IMG/VR virus record: IMGVR_UViG_3300035698_016988
Location: 10,622 to 74,621 of that record
Length of the DNA stretch: 64,000 nt
DNA from: a virus
Direction: 5' to 3' (one strand)
Below are positions 10,159 to 19,622 of the stretch, in pieces. Position 1 is the first letter of the stretch. Each line of letters begins with the position of its first letter. The notes beneath the pieces were generated by a model, which did no database searches, was not told the DNA's origin, and saw only the letters and a list, made by a program, of their open reading frames with translations. The position numbers and the translations under genes are program-made.

Positions 10159-12254
10159 TAATTCACCCTTATGTTCATGTTTCTATAAGCTTTTAACCGT
10201 TGAGTAAATTTCCCGTCTTCAAACTTATGAGTAACTTCGGTTACTGAATATACGCCTCGGATAACCGTAGAATTATTTATATCGACCAAACCGGTTTCAT
10301 CGTCAACCCCAGTCGGAGTACGATATTCAAAGTAGAAAGAGTTTTCACCGTCCTCATACTTGGCATTTCTAGTCAGTCTGGTATTGTCGCCTAATTTAAT
10401 TTTCGATGCTTCGAGTGCCGTCGGTCCAAGCCAAAAAGGATCACCTTTGATTTCTAATTCGATCGTCAACAACGATCCCCGTTTATCGTATGCTTGTTCT
10501 AGAACGGTGACTCTTTTGTGAACTCCAATATCAGGCTTAGTGGCATTAATCGTATACCGCTCAAACGGCGGATCAGTTCTTAGTTCATACCTAGGTTTGA
10601 TTTCAAGTTGAGAGTAAACATCTTCAGTCAAGGTTTCGTTGGTGGATTCAAGTAATACTCTACCTTGCGCAAAGTTCAAATCACTTGCACTCCTAGAAGT
10701 TGAAGACAAACTCTTTTCTTTTTCAGCAATAGTTTCACTCAGTATCCGATCGTTTTTTGAAATTACAGTTTCAGATCTAGAAAAGGCATTAGAAGACGCT
10801 TTCTTTTCTTCTATAACGTCTCTTGTTTCTCGACGGAGGGCCCACAGTTGAACGATATTCAAATCTTTTAATTCTTGTTTATCAAGTTCTTTTGTCGAAA
10901 GATCGGTAGGTTTTTCTCTTGATCGCCTATCGTCGGACCTAAATGCCAACATTGCGGGACTTAGACTCATAGAAACAGCCCATAATGTATCCAAAGAAAT
11001 AGCCGTGTCCAATACTTCAGTGTTCAATCCAGAGAAAATATAATCGTATCTTTTCTGAAGCAACCCTAAATCCTTAATTTGTTCTAAAGTTTCTCTCGTC
11101 CTTTTCTGTTGGGTTTTGTCATCTGGCTTTTCGCCCGGGATAATCCTACTCACAGTAAAAGGACGAATGATATATTCTATGTTCTTACCGTATTCTTGTG
11201 TTTCGGGTAAGAACAATCCGTAATTAGTTCTGGAAGTAATCTTAGGAATCGTTTGCAACTCGTAGGCTTGTTTTGTTGCTTTCTCTCCTGAATGCGCGCC
11301 TTCAGAAAAATCTTCAAGGTTCGCATACATTGAGTCAATTACTCTAGAGATAGACCAACCTTTTTCAAGTTTAAATTCTAAATTTCCGTCTCGTTCGGTC
11401 GATGCCTCTGATGCATTACCTTTTCTGAATTTTAAGTCTCTGAAATTCTTAAACCCGATTTTTGATCCACTCTCGATACGAATATTATAGAACTTGTCTT
11501 CGAATTCTTCTAATAACCTAAGATTTTTGATATAACCTTTGAATTTCTCTTCTGTTTTATTGATTTCTCTTTCGAATTTATCAATAAACTCTCCGACATT
11601 TTCCGCTTCTCTAATTATGATGGTTTCGCGTAAATTGAAGGTGTCTTTGTTATGAGCTACATCTGACATCGGAACCATTTGAATTTGATACATTGTTCCG
11701 TTTAACTCTGATTCTGGAGCAATATCTAAAAGTTTGACATACCAAAGAAACTGATCGTACGAATCAACAGGTTGTCCTGCTTCGTCGTATCCAGTAAAAC
11801 CGAGGCTAATAAAAGTCGGAGTTTCTTGAATATTCGGCGAGCCGGCAAGAGCGGCCGCTTCGAGTAACTTATCAAACAAAGTCATTCCGAACGATTCTTT
11901 CAACCCTAGATTGATATTATAAGCGGATACATTTCTTGATTTATAATTCGCCCCAACAAAACTTTCAATTTCAACTGAGTGAATACTGAACCGAGAACTA
12001 ACCCCGGACTCTGCTAAAACGATTTGGTTAGGAAGCTGTTTTATATTATAGGTTCTTTGATAGGATCTGAGATCTTCGATCGGAACCATGAACCATTTCC
12101 AATGATAAGAAACATTATCATATTTAGCATTTAATTCATTTTCTAAAAATTTAAAGTCTTGCAAATTAAAAGCTTTAGAAACTGATTTTTCACCCTCAAT
12201 CTTTTTTGGTTTTGCTGGCAAAAATGCTTTTTCTTTGTCTGAACGTAATGTCAT
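10158..12254 (-). CDS. Putative baseplate hub protein (gp27/GPD-like)
   Basis: C-terminal LEIKGDPFWL...GVYSVTEVTHKFEDGKFTQRL hub motif; lies between gp53 and gp5. Confidence 0.6.
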   Translation of the reverse strand: MTLRSDKEKAFLPAKPKKIEGEKSVSKAFNLQDFKFLENELNAKYDNVSYHWKWFMVPIEDLRSYQRTYNIKQLPNQIVLAESGVSSRFSIHSVEIESFVGANYKSRNVSAYNINLGLKESFGMTLFDKLLEAAALAGSPNIQETPTFISLGFTGYDEAGQPVDSYDQFLWYVKLLDIAPESELNGTMYQIQMVPMSDVAHNKDTFNLRETIIIREAENVGEFIDKFEREINKTEEKFKGYIKNLRLLEEFEDKFYNIRIESGSKIGFKNFRDLKFRKGNASEASTERDGNLEFKLEKGWSISRVIDSMYANLEDFSEGAHSGEKATKQAYELQTIPKITSRTNYGLFLPETQEYGKNIEYIIRPFTVSRIIPGEKPDDKTQQKRTRETLEQIKDLGLLQKRYDYIFSGLNTEVLDTAISLDTLWAVSMSLSPAMLAFRSDDRRSREKPTDLSTKELDKQELKDLNIVQLWALRRETRDVIEEKKASSNAFSRSETVISKNDRILSETIAEKEKSLSSTSRSASDLNFAQGRVLLESTNETLTEDVYSQLEIKPRYELRTDPPFERYTINATKPDIGVHKRVTVLEQAYDKRGSLLTIELEIKGDPFWLGPTALEASKIKLGDNTRLTRNAKYEDGENSFYFEYRTPTGVDDETGLVDINNSTVIRGVYSVTEVTHKFEDGKFTQRLKAYRNMNIRVN

Positions 12255-12259
12255 TTTGA

Positions 12260-12562
12260 TTATCCGAATAATTCTAAAATTCTTTTTCTATCAGGCACGA
12301 TGATTTTCATTCCAGAGACCAAGTCGAATGTAGGATCAATTATTAAATCGGGATTCATCTGTGCAAATATCCACCAAAGCTTTGAAGTACCGAATAAATC
12401 TTTCGACAGTAAACCTGGTCTCTGGTTATATTTAACACCAATTTCAAGTTCATAATCTGTGTCAGCTGATGGGATTGAACGATAAACAAAATGATCAATA
12501 AACCTAGGACCTATTGATGTTTCTGCGTAAGGAGAGTATCTATTAAAAGCCATTAGAACCAC
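12260..12562 (-). CDS. gp53: Baseplate wedge protein gp53-like (LysM/tail X)
   Basis: RPGLLSKDLFGTSKLWWIFAQMN...GMKIIVP motif. Confidence 0.75.
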   Translation of the reverse strand: MVLMAFNRYSPYAETSIGPRFIDHFVYRSIPSADTDYELEIGVKYNQRPGLLSKDLFGTSKLWWIFAQMNPDLIIDPTFDLVSGMKIIVPDRKRILELFG

Positions 12563-13272
12563 CCCTTTGTGCTGTTGTTTCTAAGTAATGCACCGGACTT
12601 GAAGTCTTTCAAGTTGAAAGTGTTGGTTTGTCTCTTCGGTGAATTTTGAACTGTCAAGGTAACTGCCAACAACATCTCCGAAGGAACCCATGTTTCGAAT
12701 GGTGAATTGGTATTTTCAATACTATTCTCACCGACGTTTCCTTGGTTTCTATCAATATCCAACGGGACCTTTACGTAGTCTTTCTCAGCCGGGAGGTCAA
12801 ACGAAAAGTTTGTCACTACAACCGGAAGATCATTGAACATATATTGTCCGTATGCACTGAATAACAAAATCGGAGGAGGTGTTCCGGGACGTTCGGCATT
12901 AATACCAAAGTCCATCTTTGTTACTGAACGAAGAAAGTGCATACCTGCAAGTAGATATTGTGCTTCAGTTGGATTCTGGGCGGTAAAAGTTCCAGCCACA
13001 GTAATCTGTTGCGCACGTGATCTAGAAAAAGCTAAAAATTCTTGGTTAGAATGAACAGGATCATAACTCGAATAGTCAACGCTTGTTGCGACGTTAACGG
13101 TAGGAGTATAGGGCCATACCAAACCTCCAGTCTTTCGAAGAATAGCCAGAATACTATCGGATCCTTCCTCGCCGTAGATATAATCCTTTACTTTTTCTGA
13201 GTCTTTCGGACGTAATCTAACTCGTCTATCCGGCGCAGTCCCTGATTGCGGACTAAGGTCTGGTTCGGGCAT
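12553..13272 (-). CDS. Baseplate tail-tube initiator/cap protein (gp48/gp54/CIS-tube-like)
   Basis: WPYTPTV...GTPPPILLFSAYGQYMFNDLPVVVTNFSFDLP; located in the baseplate operon. Confidence 0.65.
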   Translation of the reverse strand: MPEPDLSPQSGTAPDRRVRLRPKDSEKVKDYIYGEEGSDSILAILRKTGGLVWPYTPTVNVATSVDYSSYDPVHSNQEFLAFSRSRAQQITVAGTFTAQNPTEAQYLLAGMHFLRSVTKMDFGINAERPGTPPPILLFSAYGQYMFNDLPVVVTNFSFDLPAEKDYVKVPLDIDRNQGNVGENSIENTNSPFETWVPSEMLLAVTLTVQNSPKRQTNTFNLKDFKSGALLRNNSTKGWF

Positions 13273-13402
13273 TTTCTACCTCCATAAATAAATGTACACC
13301 AGTATTTACCATTTCCGAGAACGAATTTTTCTACACCGTAATCTATTTGGTGTTTTTACTTAAATGACTGTATCTTATAAAGAAAGTAAACACGGAGTAT
13401 AA

Positions 13403-14272
13403 ATGGCACAAAAACGCGCCTATCTAAATAATCGAGACCTCTTAAAAGAAATTCATACATCAAAACGATCTTATTGTGCTTTCACGGACGAAGATTACTT
13501 TGACTATGACTTTATCGTTGATGACATTAATCGCATGAGTGATGCTCGTTGTCGTGAAGCAAGAAAAGCCAGAGCAGAACGGTTAACCCAAATCGCTGTT
13601 CAGAAAATGATTGCAGAAGAAGGCATCTCAGCGAAAGCCGGTAACAAACGAGCCGACGAAGTTAGGGTTCACACTAGGAATATTAATCTTGAAGACGTGG
13701 TTGTTCGTGAAATGACACATGAACACGTTCCGCAAGAAGAAAACAAGTCAGGCAAATTGGTTTATCCAAAGCTGAAATTCCCACCATTCAAACATTTTGC
13801 TTATATTGACGGCAAGTGGACTGAAGTTCTACGTTCCCATTGGGAAGGTGGATTCGACAACGGTTATTTCAAACAAGACCAAGGCAGAGTAACTGACAAA
13901 CTAGCAAAAATGATTATGATGCTGGTAGAAAGAATCAGTCACAAAGGAAACTACCGAGGGTATTCATTCATTAATGATATGAGATCCGAAGCACTTGTTC
14001 ATCTGTCTGATGTTGCCTTGAAGTTCGACGAATCAAAAGGCGACAACCCATTTGCTTTCTATACCACAATCATTAATCACTCGTTCAAAGGATTTTTGAA
14101 TTTTGAGAAGAAACAACGTACAATCAGAGATGACTTGATGATTGCTGGAGGATATTCTCCTTCGCATACAGCACAAGTCGAGCATGAAATGTCAATCCGT
14201 CTAGCTGATATTGATGAAGAAAACGAAAAAGCTTATCAAGAAAGACAAGATAAGGAGATGCAAAATAGGTGA
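13403..14272 (+). CDS. gp55: Late-transcription sigma factor
   Basis: YLNNRDLL N-terminus; NYRGYSFINDMRSEAL...KFDESKGDNPFAFYTTI; directly upstream of gp47/gp46 as in T4. Confidence 0.85.
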   Translation: MAQKRAYLNNRDLLKEIHTSKRSYCAFTDEDYFDYDFIVDDINRMSDARCREARKARAERLTQIAVQKMIAEEGISAKAGNKRADEVRVHTRNINLEDVVVREMTHEHVPQEENKSGKLVYPKLKFPPFKHFAYIDGKWTEVLRSHWEGGFDNGYFKQDQGRVTDKLAKMIMMLVERISHKGNYRGYSFINDMRSEALVHLSDVALKFDESKGDNPFAFYTTIINHSFKGFLNFEKKQRTIRDDLMIAGGYSPSHTAQVEHEMSIRLADIDEENEKAYQERQDKEMQNR

Positions 14273-15291
14273 CTGAACATTTATTTGAAAAAGCCGTAGC
14301 ATTCACAGATATGCATCTGGGTCTGCGTAATAACTCGAGAGAACACAATAACGATTGTCAAGAATTTACAGAATGGATGATTAAGGAAGCAAAAGCAAGA
14401 GGAATCAAGACTTGCTTTTTCTTAGGTGATTATCATCATGTTCGTTCTTCACTCAATATTTCAACTCTTTGTTACTCAACCTTTCTTTTACGGATGCTAT
14501 CCGATAATTTCGACGACGTTTATTTTATCGTTGGCAACCACGATATGTTCTACAAAGAAAAAAGAGAAATCAATTCAATTGATTATGCCAAGGATATTCC
14601 GAATGTTCACTTGATTAATGAACCAGTTTGTATGGGCCAAGTTGGATTAGTTCCTTGGGTCTTAAAGGACGAATGGCAAAAGATTTGCAACATGGATGCA
14701 AAATATCTGTTCGGTCACTTTGAGTTTCCTTCATTCTTGTTGAACAGTAAAGTATTGATGCCCGACCACGGTCAATATCCAATCGGAGATTTGAAAAAGT
14801 TCGACTGGGTTTTCTCTGGTCACTTCCACAAAAGGCAAAGAAGACAGAACGTCCAGTACATGGGTAACTGCTTTCCGCATGACTTTAGTGATGTGAACGA
14901 AGAAAAAGATCGAGGAATCATGTTTCTAGATTGGGACGGAAAGCCGGAGTTCAAAGCATGGCCGGGCACTCCTAAATATCGATACGCAGGTATTGCAGAT
15001 CTAATTGAACGACCAGATCAATACTTAGGCGATAAAACTTATGTTCGCGCTACACTTGACATAGACATTGATTTTGATGACGCATCGTTTGTTCGAGAGA
15101 CTTTGTCAAGTCTTTACAATCTTCGAGAGTTTACTTTCTTACCAAAGAAAAGAGAACAGGAAATCTTAGAAGTCGGAAATGAAGATGTTGACTTTGAATC
15201 TGTTGATTCAGTAGTGATCGGACAATTACAAAACGTCGATTCGAATACATTTGATTCGAACCTTTTAATCTCAATTTATCAGGCCCTATAA
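14269..15291 (+). CDS. gp47: Recombination nuclease subunit (Mre11/SbcD-like)
   Basis: DMHLG, LGDYHH, VGNHD, FGHFE and SGHFH metallophosphoesterase motifs. Confidence 0.92.
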   Translation: MTEHLFEKAVAFTDMHLGLRNNSREHNNDCQEFTEWMIKEAKARGIKTCFFLGDYHHVRSSLNISTLCYSTFLLRMLSDNFDDVYFIVGNHDMFYKEKREINSIDYAKDIPNVHLINEPVCMGQVGLVPWVLKDEWQKICNMDAKYLFGHFEFPSFLLNSKVLMPDHGQYPIGDLKKFDWVFSGHFHKRQRRQNVQYMGNCFPHDFSDVNEEKDRGIMFLDWDGKPEFKAWPGTPKYRYAGIADLIERPDQYLGDKTYVRATLDIDIDFDDASFVRETLSSLYNLREFTFLPKKREQEILEVGNEDVDFESVDSVVIGQLQNVDSNTFDSNLLISIYQAL

Positions 15292-17118
15292 ATGATTCAA
15301 TTTGAAAAAATTATTCTAAAGAACTTTATGAGTTTCGGTAACGTACCGGAATCTATTCCGCTTGATCGTGATCCGTTGACGTTGATCTTAGGAAGAAACC
15401 AAGACAAAGGTGAAGACTCAGGTGAAAGAAACGGTGTCGGTAAATCCAGTATCGTTATGGCGCTGCACTTTGCTTTGTTCGGTATTTCGGTTGGTAACAA
15501 AATTAAGAAGCCGAGGCTAATCAATAACATCAACCAAAAGAATCTTGAAGTAACTCTGAAGTTTACAATCGGAACGAACTCTTACACGATTAAAAGATTC
15601 CGTAAACCAGAGAAGCTAGAGTTTTACGTCGACGATCACTTGGTAAATGACCAGGGCGGTGACGAAGGCCAAGGCGAGATGGGAAAGACCCAAGAAGAAA
15701 TCAATCGTGTAGTCGGCATCACTCCTGATATGTTTAACCAATCAATTTTCTTGTCAGTCATTACTGAGCCGTTCTTGCTATTAGGATCCGGCAAGCAACG
15801 TGAATTGATCGAAGAACTTCTAGGAATTACTCAATTATCTGAGAAATCAACTACTCTCAAAGAAATGCTAAGAGAAACAAAGACTCAACTTGATAAAGAA
15901 ACGTTCAAAATCAAAACAGTCGAAGAGACTAACGCCAGGGTTAGAACCAATCATGAAAAGTCAATTCAAAACTTGATGTCCAGAGAGACACGTTGGGAGA
16001 ATGAGCATAGGTTCGAACTCGACGGGATTGAAAAAGAAATCGCTGAATACAGTGAGATCAGTATCAACCAAGAAATTAAAAATCACGAACTCCTAGCTGA
16101 ATGGCTAGAAAAGAAAGTGGCACAAGATCAATTATTGTCTGAACTCGAAAGAACTAATATCGAAAAGGGTCGTCATGATCGAGCAAAGCAACAAGCTTTC
16201 AAGCGTTTAGAAGATTTGGCAATTGATTTAGAATCAGCTGAAGAACAAAAATGCCCTACTTGTGGTCAGGACGTGCATGACGATAAACACGATTCTGTCC
16301 TTGGCGGCATCGTTGAAAAAGTTGAGTTTTACGAAAAGCAACTCAGAGAAGAAGACGATAACCTGGCACAAATTGAGGAACGCTTACAAGAACTAAGCGA
16401 ACTAGAATTTGACCTAGGTAAAAAACCTGAGGTATTCTATACCGAAGTTAAGGATGCATACAAACACAAAAGTACGCTGAAATCTTTAAAAGATGGATTG
16501 AAATCTGAGAAATCAAAAACCAATCCTTACTCTGAGCAAATTGCTTCCCAACCAGATGCACCGTTGCAGGATATCAATTATGAATTAAAGGATGATCTCA
16601 TTCAACTTAGAGACCACCAAGAATTCCTTTACAAACTCTTAACCAGCAAAGACTCATCAGTTCGAAAACATATTATTAACCAGAACATCAGTTACTTGAA
16701 TGCTCGCTTAGGTATGTATCTCGAGAAACTAGGGTTGCCACATGAGGTTGAATTCTTGAATGACCTCAGCACTGAAATCACAATGCTCGGTAATCAATAT
16801 GACTTCTTGAGTCTATCTGCGGGTGAGCGGGCACGCTTGACTTTGGGACTTATTTTTGCTTTCCGTGATGTTTGGGAATCACTAAATCAAACAATGAACA
16901 TCTTCTTTGTTGACGAATTTCTCGACACGGGGTTAGATACAGCGGGTGTAGAATCCGCGCTTAAGACCTTGAAACAATTGGGTCGAGAACGCGCAAAGAA
17001 CATTTTTATCATATCACACCGTGAAGAGTTAATTTCAAGATGTTCAAATGTATTAACGATTGTAAAAGAAGGCGGCTTCAGTCAACTCGAATGGCAAAGA
17101 GACGAGGAAGAAGTATGA
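15292..17118 (+). CDS. gp46: Recombination ATPase subunit (Rad50/SbcC-like)
   Basis: NGVGKS Walker A, CPTCGQ zinc hook, LSAGE signature, FFVDE Walker B, ISH. Confidence 0.93.
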   Translation: MIQFEKIILKNFMSFGNVPESIPLDRDPLTLILGRNQDKGEDSGERNGVGKSSIVMALHFALFGISVGNKIKKPRLINNINQKNLEVTLKFTIGTNSYTIKRFRKPEKLEFYVDDHLVNDQGGDEGQGEMGKTQEEINRVVGITPDMFNQSIFLSVITEPFLLLGSGKQRELIEELLGITQLSEKSTTLKEMLRETKTQLDKETFKIKTVEETNARVRTNHEKSIQNLMSRETRWENEHRFELDGIEKEIAEYSEISINQEIKNHELLAEWLEKKVAQDQLLSELERTNIEKGRHDRAKQQAFKRLEDLAIDLESAEEQKCPTCGQDVHDDKHDSVLGGIVEKVEFYEKQLREEDDNLAQIEERLQELSELEFDLGKKPEVFYTEVKDAYKHKSTLKSLKDGLKSEKSKTNPYSEQIASQPDAPLQDINYELKDDLIQLRDHQEFLYKLLTSKDSSVRKHIINQNISYLNARLGMYLEKLGLPHEVEFLNDLSTEITMLGNQYDFLSLSAGERARLTLGLIFAFRDVWESLNQTMNIFFVDEFLDTGLDTAGVESALKTLKQLGRERAKNIFIISHREELISRCSNVLTIVKEGGFSQLEWQRDEEEV

Positions 17119-17126
17119 CAGAAAAA

Positions 17127-17342
17127 TCAGTCTTCCTGATACCACTTGATCAATTCCGAAACTGCCATTCCGGCAGCAACTTCTGTACCTAAACGCATGG
17201 CGGCCTTCTCTCGAAGTTCACCTTCTGTGAGCCCATCCACCAGATCGAGTCCGTCTCTGACTGGTTGGGTTACGACGTCGATCGCCGAGCTTAAAAATTT
17301 ATCAAACATATCTTTATTTAACACCTTGTCAAACTTTGTCAA
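17127..17342 (-). CDS. Hypothetical protein (probably starts at the internal MFDKF)
   Basis: ORF track; protein-like composition. Confidence 0.5.
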   Translation of the reverse strand: MTKFDKVLNKDMFDKFLSSAIDVVTQPVRDGLDLVDGLTEGELREKAAMRLGTEVAAGMAVSELIKWYQED

Positions 17343-17414
17343 GAATATTATTGATCAGATGAATGTACGGTGTTAGGATTATAATAAGAAAAACACAAAA
17401 CTAAAGGAGTTTAA

Positions 17415-17522
17415 ATGATTTTATTCGACGAAGAAGTTAGAGCAGAACTTATTGAATGCGGTTACAATCCCGATGATGATGAAGATGTATTGGCCTGGGC
17501 GGAAGATTTACTAGAAGGTTAA
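17415..17522 (+). CDS. Small acidic hypothetical protein (35 aa)
   Basis: AAGGAG RBS, then MILFDEEVRAELIECGYNPDDDEDVLAWAEDLLEG*; TATAAT upstream. Confidence 0.55.
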   Translation: MILFDEEVRAELIECGYNPDDDEDVLAWAEDLLEG

Positions 17523-17525
17523 TGC

Positions 17526-17554
17526 TTGACTCCTGTTCAACTCGGTGTTACTTT
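17526..17554 (+). promoter_or_regulatory. Sigma70-type early promoter
   Basis: TTGACT-N17-TACTTT with extended TG; embedded in a long palindrome. Confidence 0.6.
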
Positions 17555-17582
17555 AAGTGACACTGAGGAACAGGAGTTTTCA

Positions 17583-17944
17583 ATGCAAACATATTCCCAA
17601 GATCAAATCAACAATTTTCGTGCTTACCTGTCTTATAAGTAAACAGTCCGCACTTCCCTCATCATGTTTTTGCTAAAATCAAAATCCCAACCTGCCCGAC
17701 CATTAAAACTGCAAGTGATGCTATTGCGCTACTTTCCCAAAATGCAGTAGTCGATGCTTTTAATTCTTATCTAACGTATATGAACTTCGGTTCAAAAATT
17801 CAAGATCAACTCTTAAATCTGACCGTTAATCAGTTACAAGCAAAACGCTTAATCGCAAAACGGGACGTCGAGCCGATCACAATCGAGCAGTTCTTAATTG
17901 AACGAGCAAAGCCTTCACCACAAAGCCTTCGCCACAAAGCCTAA
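17583..17944 (+). pseudogene. Frameshifted small early gene
   Basis: RBS plus MQTYSQDQINNFRAYLSYK*, then ~100 open codons in the -1 frame (NSPHFPHHVF...LRHKA*). Confidence 0.5.
17907..17942. repeat. 14-bp tandem repeat, ~2.5 copies
   Basis: CAAAGCCTTCACCA CAAAGCCTTCGCCA CAAAGCCT. Confidence 0.8.
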
Positions 17945-17947
17945 AAC

Positions 17948-17983
17948 AAAAAGCGCGGAATGTTAATTCGTTACGCGCTTTTT
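17948..17983. terminator. Bidirectional intrinsic terminator
   Basis: AAAAAGCGCG...CGCGCTTTTT between convergent genes. Confidence 0.75.
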
Positions 17984-18000
17984 CCTTGTCTAAAAATGGA

Positions 18001-18510
18001 TTAAATCTTTTTCTTGTAAAGTTTGACCAATTCTTTTTTGGTCTCTTTTCCAGAAAGTTCTATATTATTATGTTCAAGGAGGATCGTTATTTGGTCCTCC
18101 TTTTTCATATTCTTAAATTTGGTAACTTTTTTATTCTTATGTGCTGGATGTTCGTAATCAGTTTGATTAGATTTGAGATAAGATAAATGATCTTCCAGCC
18201 ATCCAATATAATCAGTTTCTAGGCTCACGTGCCCAGATCGTCTAAAACGATAAAATAAAATTCCTTCCAATAAATTGCATCTTCTGCACAAAACCCCACG
18301 GACTAAACCCGAATCGTGATTGTGGTCAACGTGGCGGTTCGTATTATCTTCAGTCAATAAATCTTCAGAGCAAATGCCGCATTTATAATCTTGTGCGACG
18401 AGCAACTCATCACGAATTCTTGCGATATCTTTTGATTTAAGAATTGTAACCAAGGGATCTCCATTTGAATTAATGTCAGGTAATGCCACAAGTGACCCAT
18501 CTCCCAGCAA
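18001..18510 (-). CDS. gp49: Endonuclease VII-like resolvase (probable true start is TTG at 18453 after GGAGA)
   Basis: QDYKCGIC...HVDHNHDSGLVRGVLCRRCNLLEG Endo VII motif. Confidence 0.85.
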   Translation of the reverse strand: MLGDGSLVALPDINSNGDPLVTILKSKDIARIRDELLVAQDYKCGICSEDLLTEDNTNRHVDHNHDSGLVRGVLCRRCNLLEGILFYRFRRSGHVSLETDYIGWLEDHLSYLKSNQTDYEHPAHKNKKVTKFKNMKKEDQITILLEHNNIELSGKETKKELVKLYKKKI

Positions 18511-18549
18511 ACCTATTAAAAGCTGTCCCCGACATTATATTTATCAACT

Positions 18550-18557
18550 TATAAATA
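18550..18557 (+). promoter_or_regulatory. T4-type late promoter TATAAATA
   Basis: Perfect gp55 consensus 25 nt upstream of the 18583 ORF. Confidence 0.7.
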
Positions 18558-18582
18558 ATAGAAACAAAACAGGAGACACCCA

Positions 18583-19461
18583 ATGAGCGAGATCAGGCTA
18601 AAGAATGCCCTTTCACAAATGAAAAACGAAGCTGTTTCGGAACGTAAAAATCATATCCGAAAGCATCGAAATCAACAAGGTGAGGCATGGTCAGTTGAAT
18701 GCCAACTGGCTGACCCGCAAGACGCCAGACGAATGAACGGATTCATGCAACATGAATTGGATCTATATAATCAAATCCTAGAATATTTCAACCCAACTGC
18801 AAGAACTGCTCCAGAGATCTTCTCGGCTTTTACCGAAGAGCATATCAATTTGTTTGCATTCTTAGCACAGCACGGTATCGATATTCGAAGAATACGAAAA
18901 AGCAATCTACCAGATGTTATGAAAGAATTCGAAACGATTCTATTCGACGGTTCTATTAGTGAAAGAATGAAAATCCTAATGGAATCAGTAGGCGGATCTT
19001 ATTCGATGCTTGAATCAACCAAGAAAGCAATGGCTCGTGAGCTAATGAAATTCTATGCTGAGGACGCAAGAGTACGTCAGCAAAGAATGCCAAAAGGCGG
19101 TGACCAAGAATTTAAAACCCCACCTAAGTCTTTGGCACAGCAAACCCCAATCAGCAAGCGTCACTTGCAGATGAAAAGAGACCAAGTCAAAATCAAATTC
19201 AACGAAAAAGAAGACCGTTCGGAAATTTCGATCCCTTATTGTTCTTCACCGATTTACGTGAAAGAAGTTGATCTATCAGATCGTAATTCTTGGAATATTA
19301 TGATCGTTCACCAAACACCAAATGTAATGGTCCTACCAGGATCACCTTGGGTTTTAGACTTCAGGGGCATCAAGAACGATTACTTGGTTGATTATTTAGA
19401 CAACCGTAACGATAAGTCAGGAGTATTCTGGCATGCCAAATCAAACAGGAGTGGAAGATAA
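18583..19461 (+). CDS. Hypothetical protein; possible TnpB/Cas12f-like WED-REC module lacking RuvC
   Basis: The CDS is clear (AGGAG RBS, late promoter). The fold is inferred from the motif order SVECQL, helix with LYNQILE, then RHLQ, ISIPY..PIYVK, IMIVHQ, WVLDF. Confidence 0.5.
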   Translation: MSEIRLKNALSQMKNEAVSERKNHIRKHRNQQGEAWSVECQLADPQDARRMNGFMQHELDLYNQILEYFNPTARTAPEIFSAFTEEHINLFAFLAQHGIDIRRIRKSNLPDVMKEFETILFDGSISERMKILMESVGGSYSMLESTKKAMARELMKFYAEDARVRQQRMPKGGDQEFKTPPKSLAQQTPISKRHLQMKRDQVKIKFNEKEDRSEISIPYCSSPIYVKEVDLSDRNSWNIMIVHQTPNVMVLPGSPWVLDFRGIKNDYLVDYLDNRNDKSGVFWHAKSNRSGR

Positions 19462-19587
19462 TGTCACAACTTTTAGAAACTTGCTTTTGCTTAGTGCAGG
19501 CCTAGTAATGAATCCAAATAACGGAAATATGGTTATTATTTTCTTAACTCGATATTCGGAAGAGCCAACGGACGCCGAATAATCTTA

Positions 19588-19616
19588 TTGACGCTCGCAG
19601 TTTAGATATATAGTAT
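19588..19616 (+). promoter_or_regulatory. Sigma70-type promoter facing the non-coding region
   Basis: TTGACG-N17-TAGTAT; no RBS-led ORF downstream. Confidence 0.6.
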
Positions 19617-19622
19617 CAGATA

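Noticed and set aside
18583-19461. Active IS200/IS605 element
   Set aside because: No tnpA, no RuvC motifs or zinc finger, and no recognisable element ends.
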